Shown here: positions 1-9,523 of the stretch, one piece after another | How positions within the stretch are numbered: the first letter of the stretch is position 1 | Layout of the letters: each line of letters begins with the position of its first letter | Origin: Minisyncoccia bacterium | GTDB lineage: Bacteria; Patescibacteriota; Minisyncoccia; Moranbacterales; GCA-2747515 | DNA length: 64,000 nucleotides | Direction: 5' to 3' | Assembly: GCA_041738235.1 (NCBI GenBank) | Contig: JBGSQF010000013.1 | Span: 193,899-257,898 of the forward strand | The notes under the pieces: generated by a model | Seen by the model: only the letters and a program-made list of their open reading frames with translations | Told to the model about the DNA's origin: nothing | The model's database searches: none | Made by a program: the position numbers and the translations under genes

Positions 1-681
1 AAAAGACCCTTCCGGAGGAAAAAAATCGACATCAAGACGTTCATTCAATGCTGCAATATGAAGATCCTGTATATTGTTATTTCGAACAGCGTTCAATATC
101 TCAATAAACCGTTCGTCACTTTGGCGATAGATCTTTTGTAGTTCCATCATTTCCACATCGAACGATCGAAAGACATCTGAAGAAAAAAAGTAGGGACTTT
201 GGTATCGTGTCTTAAAGAACATTCTCTCCTCAGCGCTTGCCACCACTGGAGGCAATTGATAGAGATCGCCGATACATATGAGTTGTATCCCACCAAAGGG
301 AATATCTTTTTTATTCCGAGCCAAGCGAAGCGATCGATCTATACAATCTAGGAGGTCGGCCCGGACCATAGAGATCTCATCGATCAACAAAGCGTCAAGA
401 GCCCGAATGACCTTGATATTTTTCTTTGGTTTCTTTATCGTCTCCAGAGTTATATCAGTAGAAAAACCAAAGAAAGAGTGGATGGTCTGCCCTTGAACGT
501 TCAACGCCGCTACGCCCGTCGGCGCCAAGATCACAATACTCTTTTTTGTATGCTCACGGAAATATTGAAGGAGAGTTGATTTCCCTGTTCCTGCACGCCC
601 AGTGATAAAAACGGGCTTATTGCCCTTTTCCATCATCTCCCACGCTCGTTTGAACTCTCTATTGATCTCGATACTCTTCAT
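1..681 (-). CDS. PIF1/RecD-like SF1B helicase (runs off the left edge)
   Basis: Manual translation from the ATG at 681: MKSIEINREFKRAW...FITGRAGTGKST (Walker A), LAPTGVAA, TIHSFF, LIDEISMV, FGGIQLICIGDLYQLPPV, LQKIYRQSD. Open to position 1; absent from the ORF track. Confidence 0.9.
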   Translation of the reverse strand, partial: MKSIEINREFKRAWEMMEKGNKPVFITGRAGTGKSTLLQYFREHTKKSIVILAPTGVAALNVQGQTIHSFFGFSTDITLETIKKPKKNIKVIRALDALLIDEISMVRADLLDCIDRSLRLARNKKDIPFGGIQLICIGDLYQLPPVVASAEERMFFKTRYQSPYFFSSDVFRSFDVEMMELQKIYRQSDERFIEILNAVRNNNIQDLHIAALNERLDVDFFPPEGSF

Positions 682-890
682 TTTGATTGTAATGTTCGAA
701 AGAAGGGCCTATCAGCCTGTAGTAACCTTGGATTTCGATCCCCCACCTGATCCGGCATTTTTTCTTCTTCTCCCAACTGTCCAGGCGATTCAATACCAAT
801 GCTATCATTTTGTTTTCCCTCGATACCGGTATTGTCACCGAATTGTTTTGGCATCGGTTCTCCAGATCCAAGTTGTTCTCTTTTACGCAT
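678..890 (-). CDS. Small hypothetical protein (70 aa)
   Basis: Fills the mscS-helicase gap; its TGA overlaps the helicase ATG (ATGA coupling). No recognisable motif. Confidence 0.4.
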   Translation of the reverse strand: MRKREQLGSGEPMPKQFGDNTGIEGKQNDSIGIESPGQLGEEEKMPDQVGDRNPRLLQADRPFFRTLQSK

Positions 891-918
891 ACTTATATTT
901 ATTTTATGATTTTACCCA

Positions 919-1992
919 CTATGAATCTAATCCAACTTCCTTCATATATACCGTCTTGGTTGGGAAAGCAAACTCTATCCCCTCTCGCTCGAATGCCTCT
1001 TTAAGGCTCAAGTTGAATAGTTGCCTCACATCCATATACACATCATAGTCACTCGTTTCCACAAAATACACACATTCAAAAGATAAGGCACTCTCCTCAA
1101 AGTTTTTAAAGTGTGCTCGACCAAACGTCGTATTCTCAATGGAAGAGACGATCTCTTTCATGATCTCGGGTATCCTCTTCAACTTTTCATTCGGCGTATC
1201 ATAGGTCACACCAAATTCTTTAGAGACCCTTCGTCGTTTCATCTTTTTAAAGTTCTGTACACGTGAAGAGGTCAACTCAGAGTTAGAAATGATGATCTCC
1301 TCTCCCCCCAACGACTTTATCCGAGTCGTTTTGATACCAATACTCTTTACTGTACCGCTATGTTCACCTACAACAATGAAATCTCCCACAGAAAAAGGCT
1401 TCTCAAGATAGAGAGAGAAAGAACTAAAAAGGTCCTTGAGAATATTTTGAAGTGCGAACGCAACGGCAATACCTCCTATCCCCACCCCAGCGATCAGAGA
1501 CGTCACATCGATCCCAAGATTGGACAAAACGACCAAGGTCCCAAATACCCACACCAACCCCTTGATGATCGACCCAAGAAGCTGTACTGCGACCTTTGCA
1601 TGTGCATCTGATTTCACGCGAAATACTCCATCGGCTATAAAGTCGATCACAACACGTAACGTCACCACTATCTGATAGGTAACCAAAATGATCAACAGTG
1701 TATTAATGATCGAATGTGTGAGACCGTTCAAAGTCAATGTCCTTATTGCAATATATGCCGCTAGAAACAAAGAGAGCGGTGGACGCAATGACTCGATCAC
1801 CTGTATCACTATATTATCAATATCCGTCTTGGTCTTCTCAGAAAATCGCTTGAGACGAGTCATCAGTAGTTGTTGAGCGAGAAATAAGATGACCGCAAAT
1901 ATGATGAATGAGAGAAGTGCTTGTATATAGGCGATTGCCGTATTCCCCCAAAGTGTTGTGGTCCATCCGGACCAAAAAAGAATCTCTTCCAT
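919..1992 (-). CDS. Small-conductance mechanosensitive channel, MscS family
   Basis: N-terminal TM helices; SLIAGVGIGGIAVAFALQNILKDLFS, KPFSVGDFI, GTVKSIGIKTTRI, IEFAFPT. Confidence 0.95.
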   Translation of the reverse strand: MEEILFWSGWTTTLWGNTAIAYIQALLSFIIFAVILFLAQQLLMTRLKRFSEKTKTDIDNIVIQVIESLRPPLSLFLAAYIAIRTLTLNGLTHSIINTLLIILVTYQIVVTLRVVIDFIADGVFRVKSDAHAKVAVQLLGSIIKGLVWVFGTLVVLSNLGIDVTSLIAGVGIGGIAVAFALQNILKDLFSSFSLYLEKPFSVGDFIVVGEHSGTVKSIGIKTTRIKSLGGEEIIISNSELTSSRVQNFKKMKRRRVSKEFGVTYDTPNEKLKRIPEIMKEIVSSIENTTFGRAHFKNFEESALSFECVYFVETSDYDVYMDVRQLFNLSLKEAFEREGIEFAFPTKTVYMKEVGLDS

Positions 1993-2012
1993 GATGCACT
2001 ATTTTTAAGAAA

Positions 2013-2489
2013 TTATCCTGCTTTTTGTAATTCCCGAACATCCGCAAGTATTTCACTTGCATGAACCTCGGGTTTTACCTTTTCGTAGATCTTAGCGATC
2101 TTTCCCTTAGGATCAACCAAAAATGACATACGCTCTACACCCATATAGGTCCGTCCCATAAACTTTTTCTCTCGCCACACCCCAAACATCTCCGCCATTT
2201 TATGGTCCTCATCTACGAGCAAAGGAAATGGCAATTGATACTTCTCCACGAATTTCTGGTGCGACTTTACGCCCTGAACGCTCACTCCTAAAACTGCGAT
2301 CTCCCCCTTCTTAAAATCCCCCCAAACATCCCGAATGGCGCATGCCTCCTTCGTACATCCAGGAGTATCATCCTTGGGATAGAAATAGACCAAGAGCCAC
2401 TTCCCTCTATAATTTCTGGGTGTTTGTCCAACGCCCTTTTCATCAAAAACGACGAATTCAGGTACTTTTTTCCCAATTTGTATAGACAT
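2013..2489 (-). CDS. bcp: Peroxiredoxin Bcp/PrxQ
   Basis: YFYPKDDTPGCTKEAC motif. Confidence 0.95.
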   Translation of the reverse strand: MSIQIGKKVPEFVVFDEKGVGQTPRNYRGKWLLVYFYPKDDTPGCTKEACAIRDVWGDFKKGEIAVLGVSVQGVKSHQKFVEKYQLPFPLLVDEDHKMAEMFGVWREKKFMGRTYMGVERMSFLVDPKGKIAKIYEKVKPEVHASEILADVRELQKAG

Positions 2490-2523
2490 ATTTTATGAGT
2501 TATCAAATAAGATCCCCAAGTCA

Positions 2524-2964
2524 TCAAAACATTGGGTGGCGTGGGATGGATGACGACGAGTTCCCATCATCCGATCCACCATGTTTTCCCAGGGTCAAGC
2601 GATCATCATCGCGCTGTCCATACGGTCTTGCAATACCAGACTTTTTTTCTTTCTCCTCAAGATACCGATCACGTGCCTTCATAAGTCGTCGATCATCGAT
2701 CCCAAACCGTTTTGCGATACTCCTTGCCTCTTTTTTGTTTATGTGATCTCCCTCTCCATAGCGCGCCTTCGCCACAATATCTGCCATCTCATCAAACGTT
2801 ACTCCACCTTTCTTCCTATCAAGTATTTCATCACGTAGCCATCGCTTTTCGGCCATTATATCCATACCTTCTGTTCCTCGAGCAACCTTTTTCATATCCT
2901 TCTTATCTCTCCCATGTTTGAAATAATCTGTTGAAAAAACTTTTTTTGTTTTGCCAAATATCAT
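2524..2964 (-). CDS. Hypothetical protein (basic, charged)
   Basis: 146-aa ORF co-oriented and closely spaced with its neighbours. Confidence 0.7.
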   Translation of the reverse strand: MIFGKTKKVFSTDYFKHGRDKKDMKKVARGTEGMDIMAEKRWLRDEILDRKKGGVTFDEMADIVAKARYGEGDHINKKEARSIAKRFGIDDRRLMKARDRYLEEKEKKSGIARPYGQRDDDRLTLGKHGGSDDGNSSSSIPRHPMF

Positions 2965-3001
2965 ATGTCTTCCACGTTATTTTTTATCAAACATGATCCC
3001 A

Positions 3002-4708
3002 CTATTTTCTGATCGAACTCAGATCCCTGCCCCTTTCTATAACTCCGTTTTGCTTTATTTTTAATACCGACCGCTTGTTTTTATGACCCTCATCCCTTAA
3101 GGCCCCCATATCCACGGATGCCACGCTCAAGTCTTGTCTCTCGTACACCGGAAGAAATTGATCCGTGTGTCCATGAAATATAGCGTTGATACCCTGCTTT
3201 TTTATGGCATCAATAAAGTTAAACTCATCCTTCCCCGAAAGCCCCCTCCAAAAATATTCCCGGTTATCCGTATTCAGAAAGACGTCACGCAACTGATCAA
3301 AAAAGGGACTCGGCTCCTTATTGTTCAACAACACATCTCTCAATCCCGCCTGATAATATGTATTGATACGATCAACCATCATCTTTATATCCCCCTGCTT
3401 CGTCAATGTCTCCATCATAGAAAATGTCGGATCGGTATGTGTAAACAAACTGTCATCATGCACTACAGCCAATTTGAAATTACACATCGTTTCTAACATT
3501 TCCCTCCCCCGAGAATCCCCTTGCATATTTCTGAGCACCAATTCTCTTTCTGCATTGAGTTGTTGCCAAATACGTTCCTGCTGCCCGGCGTCCAGCGTTG
3601 TGAATGCATCCAGATCAACACCGCTGAGTTGTGAAGACCCGTATCTGCATAGTTCTAATAGCCCGTAATAGTGACCCTGTCGACACGACTCAAAAGCGTC
3701 AGAACTGGCCGCCCCAATCCTACCAGAAAGAAATGAGAGAAAAAAATCTTCATGATTTCCAGAAAGTATATCGATCTCCCCCCCTTGCAACTTCGCCTCT
3801 TTGGATAATTTCGAGATCATGTCTACCGCATCCATCCCATGTGTCTGCCTATCCCCGAGAATATCTCCATGAAAAACTACTTTTCTATCACCGCCAGTCC
3901 AGCGTAAATTTCCACCCGCATCCACAGACACCACCCCCAAACTCTCCAGATTTGCCCTTAAGGCCTCGACACTCCCGAACAGATCTCCTACCGCCATCAC
4001 CTCACTTGCCCGAGGAATTTTTCTCCAGTCCATAGCTTCGGCCTCTCCGATTTTTTTGCTTTGGTCTTTTGGTTGTGGCAGATCAGGACTCAACACCCCA
4101 CCCTCTGCTGTGCCCCGTGTCTTTGTAGAAAGATCTTCTTCCTTGTGACTCACAACCCTAGATTCTTTCAGGTCCGGGGATCCTAACTCTTTCGCCTTCC
4201 GGTATTCTTGAAGAGCCAATTCATACTGAAAGTTGGTCAGAACCTCTCTATCCACATCAGATAGAGTGGGTGAAAATTTTCCTTCCGCACCTTTTTGCTG
4301 AAAATACAAAAATTCCTCACGAAGTTCTGACATTAAGAAACTATCTTCTGCAAGCAGAGATGAAATGTCACCCTCTCCTCTCACAAACCGTCCAACACGA
4401 TCACCGGACAAGGCGATCGCCCGATCCATCAATACTTTGTCATCCCCCTCCAACCCAGCGTAAAAATCATTGAACGCCTTTCTCTTTCCTTCCTCTCTTT
4501 TGATCTCTCTTCGCTGAGTTTCAGCAACGATCTCCTTTCTTTGTCTCAGAACGCTCTCTCTTTTTGCCACATCGACCGGCAAAGCATCATGCAAAAGAAA
4601 CTCCTCCACAAGCTTGCTTGGCAATCCACGCAATTTTGTTGGAATGAAGACCTCTCCTGAGGGAGAAACTTCCCTTTGTTCATGAACATCCATGTGTTTT
4701 ACTATCAC
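3002..4708 (-). CDS. Calcineurin-like metallophosphoesterase with long charged N-terminal extension
   Basis: VGDLFG, HGDILGDR, GNHE, FTHT, FHGHT motifs in the C-terminal 340 aa. Confidence 0.85.
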   Translation of the reverse strand: MIVKHMDVHEQREVSPSGEVFIPTKLRGLPSKLVEEFLLHDALPVDVAKRESVLRQRKEIVAETQRREIKREEGKRKAFNDFYAGLEGDDKVLMDRAIALSGDRVGRFVRGEGDISSLLAEDSFLMSELREEFLYFQQKGAEGKFSPTLSDVDREVLTNFQYELALQEYRKAKELGSPDLKESRVVSHKEEDLSTKTRGTAEGGVLSPDLPQPKDQSKKIGEAEAMDWRKIPRASEVMAVGDLFGSVEALRANLESLGVVSVDAGGNLRWTGGDRKVVFHGDILGDRQTHGMDAVDMISKLSKEAKLQGGEIDILSGNHEDFFLSFLSGRIGAASSDAFESCRQGHYYGLLELCRYGSSQLSGVDLDAFTTLDAGQQERIWQQLNAERELVLRNMQGDSRGREMLETMCNFKLAVVHDDSLFTHTDPTFSMMETLTKQGDIKMMVDRINTYYQAGLRDVLLNNKEPSPFFDQLRDVFLNTDNREYFWRGLSGKDEFNFIDAIKKQGINAIFHGHTDQFLPVYERQDLSVASVDMGALRDEGHKNKRSVLKIKQNGVIERGRDLSSIRK

Positions 4709-4728
4709 TTTTTAAACCCAAAAGAACA

Positions 4729-6597
4729 TCATTCCAATATTGCCTTGATCCTTCGTACTCCAGCACTGGAAGATTCTTCTTTTGTGATACGGAATTTTCC
4801 TTTTATATCAGCCGTTCTTTCAACGTGTGGACCTCCGCATAGCTCTTGAGAATAGATATTCCCCTCTCGGTCCTCAACAATATATACGTTCACCATTTCA
4901 GGATATTTCTCCCAAAAACTTCCCTCAACACCCTCAGCACGCGCCGTATCCTTCGGCATCGTAGTAATTCGAACCGAACATCCCTTGGAGATCGCCTCAT
5001 TCACATAGGCCTCCACCTCATCCAAGATCTCACGACTTACTTTTTCGGGATGCGTGAAATCAAATCGTGTTCGCTCCACTGTAATATTTGAACCAGCTTG
5101 ATGTACATGATCGCCCAGGTACTTTCGAAGCCCTGCAAGCATAAGGTGTGTCACCGTGTGAAGCATGGTCGTCTTTTCACTGTGATCAGCGAGTCCTCCT
5201 TTAAATTTCCCTGCCGACGCTGTTCGTGAAAGATCACGGTGTTTTTGAAACTCTTCTCGATACTGATCAATATTTACTTCTATACCTTTCTCCTCCGCAA
5301 GTTCTTGGGTCATCTCCATCGGAAACCCATACGTAGAGAAAAGAATAAAAGCATCACGCCCATCAACAGACCCCTTTTGGGAAACCAGTCTTTCAAACTC
5401 TCGCAATCCCTTTTGCAAGGTCTTTCGAAATTTCATCTCTTCCTCTGCCACGATCCTTTCGATATTGTTCTCCTTTTCCTTAAGAAAAAGGTATGCATCG
5501 GCGTAGTACTCCGCGATGGGCAATGTGAGATCCTTGAGTGACCCTACCGACATACCAATTGAATCAGCAAAACGAATTGCGCGACGAAGGAGTCTTCGAA
5601 GTACATATCCTCTTTCCGTGTTAGATGGTACTATTCCCTCCCCGATCATAAACACCGAACCTCGAACATGGTCAGCTACGATTCGAAAAGAACGCTTATC
5701 CTCAGCGTATTTCTTTCCAGAAAGCTGTTCCATCTTTTCAATAAGACTTCGAAAAATATCAAGGCGAAAAACATCCGACTCGTCACTTGCTGCAGCCGCA
5801 ATACGCTCGAGCCCTCCACCAAAGTCGACATTACGCTGTGGCAGTTTTTCAAACTTCCCCTCTCGCTTGATAAACTCCATAAAGACAGAGTTCCCGATCT
5901 CCATAAACCGCCCACAATCACAATTTGGATGACACTCAGCACCAAATTTCTCATCATGCAGGATGTCAGTAAATTCGTAGAATACCTCACTATCGGGTCC
6001 ACCCGGTTCTCCCTCAGGCATATTGTCCGGCACGCCCGACCGGCTCCACCAATTCTTTTTTGCTCCGTACGAGAATATCCGACCCCCCTGCATCCCCACC
6101 TTGCTTGCTCGCTCTTCTGTAAGCATTTCTCTATGTTCTGCTTCAATTCCTTTTTCCCCAAAAAGCCTCTTCCAAATTTCAATGGATTCATCATCCCTCC
6201 CTACACCACTCTTTTCATCTCCTGAAAACACCGTAACGTAGAGTCGATTTGGATCAATTTTCAATTCCTGAACCAAAAAAGTGAAAAACCAGCGAAGTTG
6301 TTCTTGTTTAAAATACTCTCCTAGAGACCAGTTCCCCAACATCTCAAAGTATGTCGTATGTCTATTATCTCCAACTTCTTCAATATCCTCAGCTCGAAAA
6401 CAGCGCTGTGAATTCACCAACCGATTCCCCTCCGGATGCGATTGTCCAAGAAGATACGGAATGAGTGGTTGCATCCCCGATCCGGTAAACAACGTCGTAG
6501 GATCATTTTCCGGAAATATCGACGATGACGGAATAACCGTATGTCCGTTTTTCTGACAATATTCCAAATATTTTTTACGTATTGCATTTAACATCAT
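4729..6597 (-). CDS. alaS: Alanine--tRNA ligase (short form, no C-Ala domain)
   Basis: DPTTLFTGSGM, RHTTYFEMLGNWSLGEYFK, VDFGGGLER, editing motifs HTVTH and ELCGGPHV; ends GVRRIKAILE. Confidence 0.97.
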   Translation of the reverse strand: MMLNAIRKKYLEYCQKNGHTVIPSSSIFPENDPTTLFTGSGMQPLIPYLLGQSHPEGNRLVNSQRCFRAEDIEEVGDNRHTTYFEMLGNWSLGEYFKQEQLRWFFTFLVQELKIDPNRLYVTVFSGDEKSGVGRDDESIEIWKRLFGEKGIEAEHREMLTEERASKVGMQGGRIFSYGAKKNWWSRSGVPDNMPEGEPGGPDSEVFYEFTDILHDEKFGAECHPNCDCGRFMEIGNSVFMEFIKREGKFEKLPQRNVDFGGGLERIAAAASDESDVFRLDIFRSLIEKMEQLSGKKYAEDKRSFRIVADHVRGSVFMIGEGIVPSNTERGYVLRRLLRRAIRFADSIGMSVGSLKDLTLPIAEYYADAYLFLKEKENNIERIVAEEEMKFRKTLQKGLREFERLVSQKGSVDGRDAFILFSTYGFPMEMTQELAEEKGIEVNIDQYREEFQKHRDLSRTASAGKFKGGLADHSEKTTMLHTVTHLMLAGLRKYLGDHVHQAGSNITVERTRFDFTHPEKVSREILDEVEAYVNEAISKGCSVRITTMPKDTARAEGVEGSFWEKYPEMVNVYIVEDREGNIYSQELCGGPHVERTADIKGKFRITKEESSSAGVRRIKAILE

Positions 6598-6635
6598 AAC
6601 TTTATAGGATCTAACAGTACAGACTTTTAATTTAT

Positions 6636-7193
6636 TTACACCGTTCTTACATCTTCTTCTTTCTTCTTTCGTATCTCCTCGATCTTTTCGTTATACTCAT
6701 CCACTACCTTCTGCAAAACATCTTTTCCCTGAAATTTCTCATCCTCTCCGAATTCTCCCGCCTCTTGTGCCTTCTGAATGGCTGACCATGCATCCTCACG
6801 GATCTTTCGAATAGCAATGCGCGCCTCTTCCGCTTTCTTCCCCACCATCTTCACGAGTTCTTCACGGCGCTCTTCGGTCAACGGAGGAAGATTCAAACGT
6901 ATCACCTGACCATCATTGGCAGGATTAAGTCCCAAGTCCGACTCACGGATCGCCGCTTCGATCTGTACCGCTGCTCCCTTATCCCAGGGAGAGATCGTTA
7001 TGGTTCGTGGCTCAGGAATATGCACCGTCGCAAGCTGTTCGATCGGCATTTTGGAACCATACATATCTACCACGATCCCATCAAGCAACGATGTGCTCGC
7101 TCGTCCTGTTCGTACTTTTGCCAACTCCTGCTTGAAATTTACTATCGTATGCTCAAATCGCTCTTTTTCTACAGAAATGTATTGTTCAAACAT
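6636..7193 (-). CDS. frr: Ribosome recycling factor
   Basis: VRTGRAS, SDLGLNPANDGQVIRLNLPPLTEERREEL. Confidence 0.98.
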   Translation of the reverse strand: MFEQYISVEKERFEHTIVNFKQELAKVRTGRASTSLLDGIVVDMYGSKMPIEQLATVHIPEPRTITISPWDKGAAVQIEAAIRESDLGLNPANDGQVIRLNLPPLTEERREELVKMVGKKAEEARIAIRKIREDAWSAIQKAQEAGEFGEDEKFQGKDVLQKVVDEYNEKIEEIRKKKEEDVRTV

Positions 7194-7229
7194 AAGGTTA
7201 TTTTAAGAATTATAGACCAAGAAAATTAT

Positions 7230-8354
7230 TTATTGCTTTGCCGACTCTCGAAGACCTACATAAATAATGCCTGGGTTTTTGAAGTCATGGATCATCACAC
7301 TCACAGAAGCTTTATCGGCATCAAGTTGATACGGGAACCAATTTACTCCACCATCCGTCGTTCGATAAATGGCCTGAGCGCTATTGTAGTAGATCTCACT
7401 TGAATTCTCAGGACTTACTACGACCGAGGCTATAGGAAATGCCTTGGAGCTCCCAATGATGTTTATTTCTTCCCAATTTGCACCATACCCTGAAAAACGA
7501 AAAAGTCCTTTATTCGTTCCCACGTACCCCACGCCCTGCAGTTTTCTATCAAGCGAATAAGAGTAAACTGAACCGACCACCACGTCTTTTACAGCACATT
7601 CTTTCCCTTGTACACAAGCCTTCTTTTTTTCATCAAGTGCTTTCTTCCACTCTTCCTTCATATCAACAAATGTGTTGCCACCATCTCGACTCATAAGAAG
7701 ACTGTTTTGAAACGTCATAACATACACGATACTCTCGTTAAAAGGATCTACGGAAAGTGCACGGACGGGTTTTCCAGCATTAAACTTATTTTCCCATGTC
7801 GCTCCACCGTCTTGGGTCATAATGATCACGCCAGTACTCGTTCCGGCATATACAACATCGGGCACACTTTTTTTGAGTGCCAAGGAAAGCAGTACTGTCC
7901 CGTCCGCCGGCTCCGTATAAGTTTCCTTCCAGGTTTCCCCACCATCTATGGTCTTTGCGATCTTTGCTCTTCCATTGAAGACACCTGTCACATACGCGAT
8001 ATTTGAATCAGAAGGATGTGTAGCGATCGCGTAATTCTTTTGGATCGGCACATTGACTTGCGCCCAAGTCTCCCCACCATCTTTGGTCATAAAGACCCCA
8101 CTCTCCAACGACCCGAGATAGATCTTCTTGGTATCCATATAATCCATACCCAAAGAAAGAACGTTCACTTTTGCAATGTTCTTTTTATCATCGACTTTTA
8201 CGATCGGCTTATAGGCTTGTCCCCGATCATCGGAACGTATCATTCCTCCAGTCATCGTCGAAATAGACACTTCTGTATTCCCAGTTGGTAATGTACATCC
8301 CGAAAGCAGAAACGCTACAACAAGAACAAGCCCACTTCCCACGATCTTTTTCAT
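7230..8354 (-). CDS. Lipoprotein with BNR/Asp-box repeats (YCF48/VPS10-like beta-propeller)
   Basis: Lipobox LLSGC; repeated TxDGGxTW motifs. Confidence 0.88.
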   Translation of the reverse strand: MKKIVGSGLVLVVAFLLSGCTLPTGNTEVSISTMTGGMIRSDDRGQAYKPIVKVDDKKNIAKVNVLSLGMDYMDTKKIYLGSLESGVFMTKDGGETWAQVNVPIQKNYAIATHPSDSNIAYVTGVFNGRAKIAKTIDGGETWKETYTEPADGTVLLSLALKKSVPDVVYAGTSTGVIIMTQDGGATWENKFNAGKPVRALSVDPFNESIVYVMTFQNSLLMSRDGGNTFVDMKEEWKKALDEKKKACVQGKECAVKDVVVGSVYSYSLDRKLQGVGYVGTNKGLFRFSGYGANWEEINIIGSSKAFPIASVVVSPENSSEIYYNSAQAIYRTTDGGVNWFPYQLDADKASVSVMIHDFKNPGIIYVGLRESAKQ

Positions 8355-8471
8355 AAGCGTATTGTTTTTTTACTTTTTCTTTATTATAGCATAAAAGAGC
8401 ATAAAGAAAAGCCTCTTTTCCCCAATAAAAAAACGCTTTGCGCGTTGTTGTTTCCTGAAAAACTTTTGTCG

Positions 8472-8519
8472 GCGGGGACAAGCGGATCCTGATACTACAA
8501 GAATCCAGCTTGTCCCCAC
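8472..8519 (-). repeat. Long imperfect hairpin with TAGTAT loop (copy 1)
   Basis: Minus strand GGGGACAAGCTGGATTCTTG-TAGTAT-CAGGATCCGCTTGTCCCC, followed downstream by CGCGCAAAGCG + T-run. Confidence 0.8.
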
Positions 8520-8531
8520 TTGCTTGAGCCA

Positions 8532-8789
8532 TCAGACCGGGTTGACGCTGACTCGGTGCGCTCCCAGAGCCTGTCGGGCGATCGTCGTGATCTTGGTCAT
8601 GCGATCAGAGTCGGGAGAGCCGTGGAGAATGACAGAAAAATGAGCACTTCCTTTCTGGTCAACCCTTCCACGGACCACCTTGTGACACCCTATCTGCGCT
8701 TAGCATAGCGCTTCGAATAGAGCGCCTTCGCTCCCGAGCTTCCCGTTTCCATTCCTGGGAACCGCCTTAAGAGTAAGTCTTGTCTTCAA
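8532..8789 (-). pseudogene. Putative 85-codon small gene interrupted by one in-frame TAA
   Basis: TTG start after AAGAGG; MKTRLTLKAVPRNGNGKLGSEGALFEALC*AQIGCHKVVRGRVDQKGSAHFSVILHGSPDSDRMTKITTIARQALGAHRVSVNPV; stop at 8700-8702; upstream promoter-like TTGCAT-N17-TATATA and downstream hairpin. Confidence 0.45.
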
Positions 8790-8981
8790 CTCTTGCCTCT
8801 TTTCTTGTGTCCTCCACCAGAACTCCAAGCTCCGGCTCTGGTATTGACCTGTGTATGAAATTGCCTCCCAATTTCACCTATTTTATATACCCCATTTTAA
8901 GAAAAGATGCAACATATAAATACTCAGACAATAAAAAACACGCTTTGCGCGCGATCATTTTTTACCGATAAAGAATATTAC

Positions 8982-9057
8982 TGGGCGGAGGACTCAGCGG
9001 TTGGGTTTTTATTGGTGCGATACTACGACACCACCCTCGCGCTTTGTCCTCCGCCTA
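8982..9057 (-). repeat. Long imperfect hairpin with TAGTAT loop (copy 2)
   Basis: Plus strand GGGCGGAGGAC...TGGTGCG-ATACTA-CGACACCA...GTCCTCCGCCT, with the same CGCGCAAAGCG + T-run downstream on the minus strand. Confidence 0.8.
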
Positions 9058-9060
9058 CCC

Positions 9061-9261
9061 CTACCCCTGCTTGAGGCGGCCGGTCGATCCCGGTCCCTCC
9101 CGGAAAAACTCCGGGGAGAGTTCCCGGATCGCGACTGCCGCCGCCGCGAACTCCTCCGTCCCTGGGTCGAATTGACCCTCCCGAAGGAGGTATAGCCTTA
9201 TATCCTCATCGCTCTCATGGGATTCCATTCCCGTCCCCCAAACCATTTCTGCCATTCCCAT
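9061..9261 (-). CDS. Small hypothetical protein (66 aa)
   Basis: AAAGAGAGA upstream of the ATG, its own promoter, and a hairpin right after the stop. Confidence 0.6.
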   Translation of the reverse strand: MGMAEMVWGTGMESHESDEDIRLYLLREGQFDPGTEEFAAAAVAIRELSPEFFREGPGSTGRLKQG

Positions 9262-9366
9262 TCTCTCTTTGTCTTACCCTCCCGAGATTCGTTCCCCCTT
9301 CTCGGTCAGACCTGCCCTAGAAATCGAGGATTTCCAACCCTCGACACCCTAAAGAACTTACCCTGT

Positions 9367-9395
9367 AATATAACATTTATTTCAAATAAAGTCAA
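9367..9395 (-). promoter_or_regulatory. Sigma70-type promoter
   Basis: TTGACT-N17-TATATT with an extended TG. Confidence 0.65.
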
Positions 9396-9523
9396 TACCC
9401 CGACATTGACATCCATTCTCAGTATGCCACCATATGAGTTACCTATCGGAAACACCGATCCGAGGGTAAAGAATCCGCAGAATTGCGGTAAGTATTCAAC
9501 CCAAGAAACGGAGAAAAAGGAAG

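Noticed and set aside
8472-9057. Hairpins as classical integron attC sites or a CRESS TAGTATTAC origin
   Set aside because: No RYYYAAC/GTTRRRY ends, the loop reads TAGTATC, and there is no integrase or Rep in the window.
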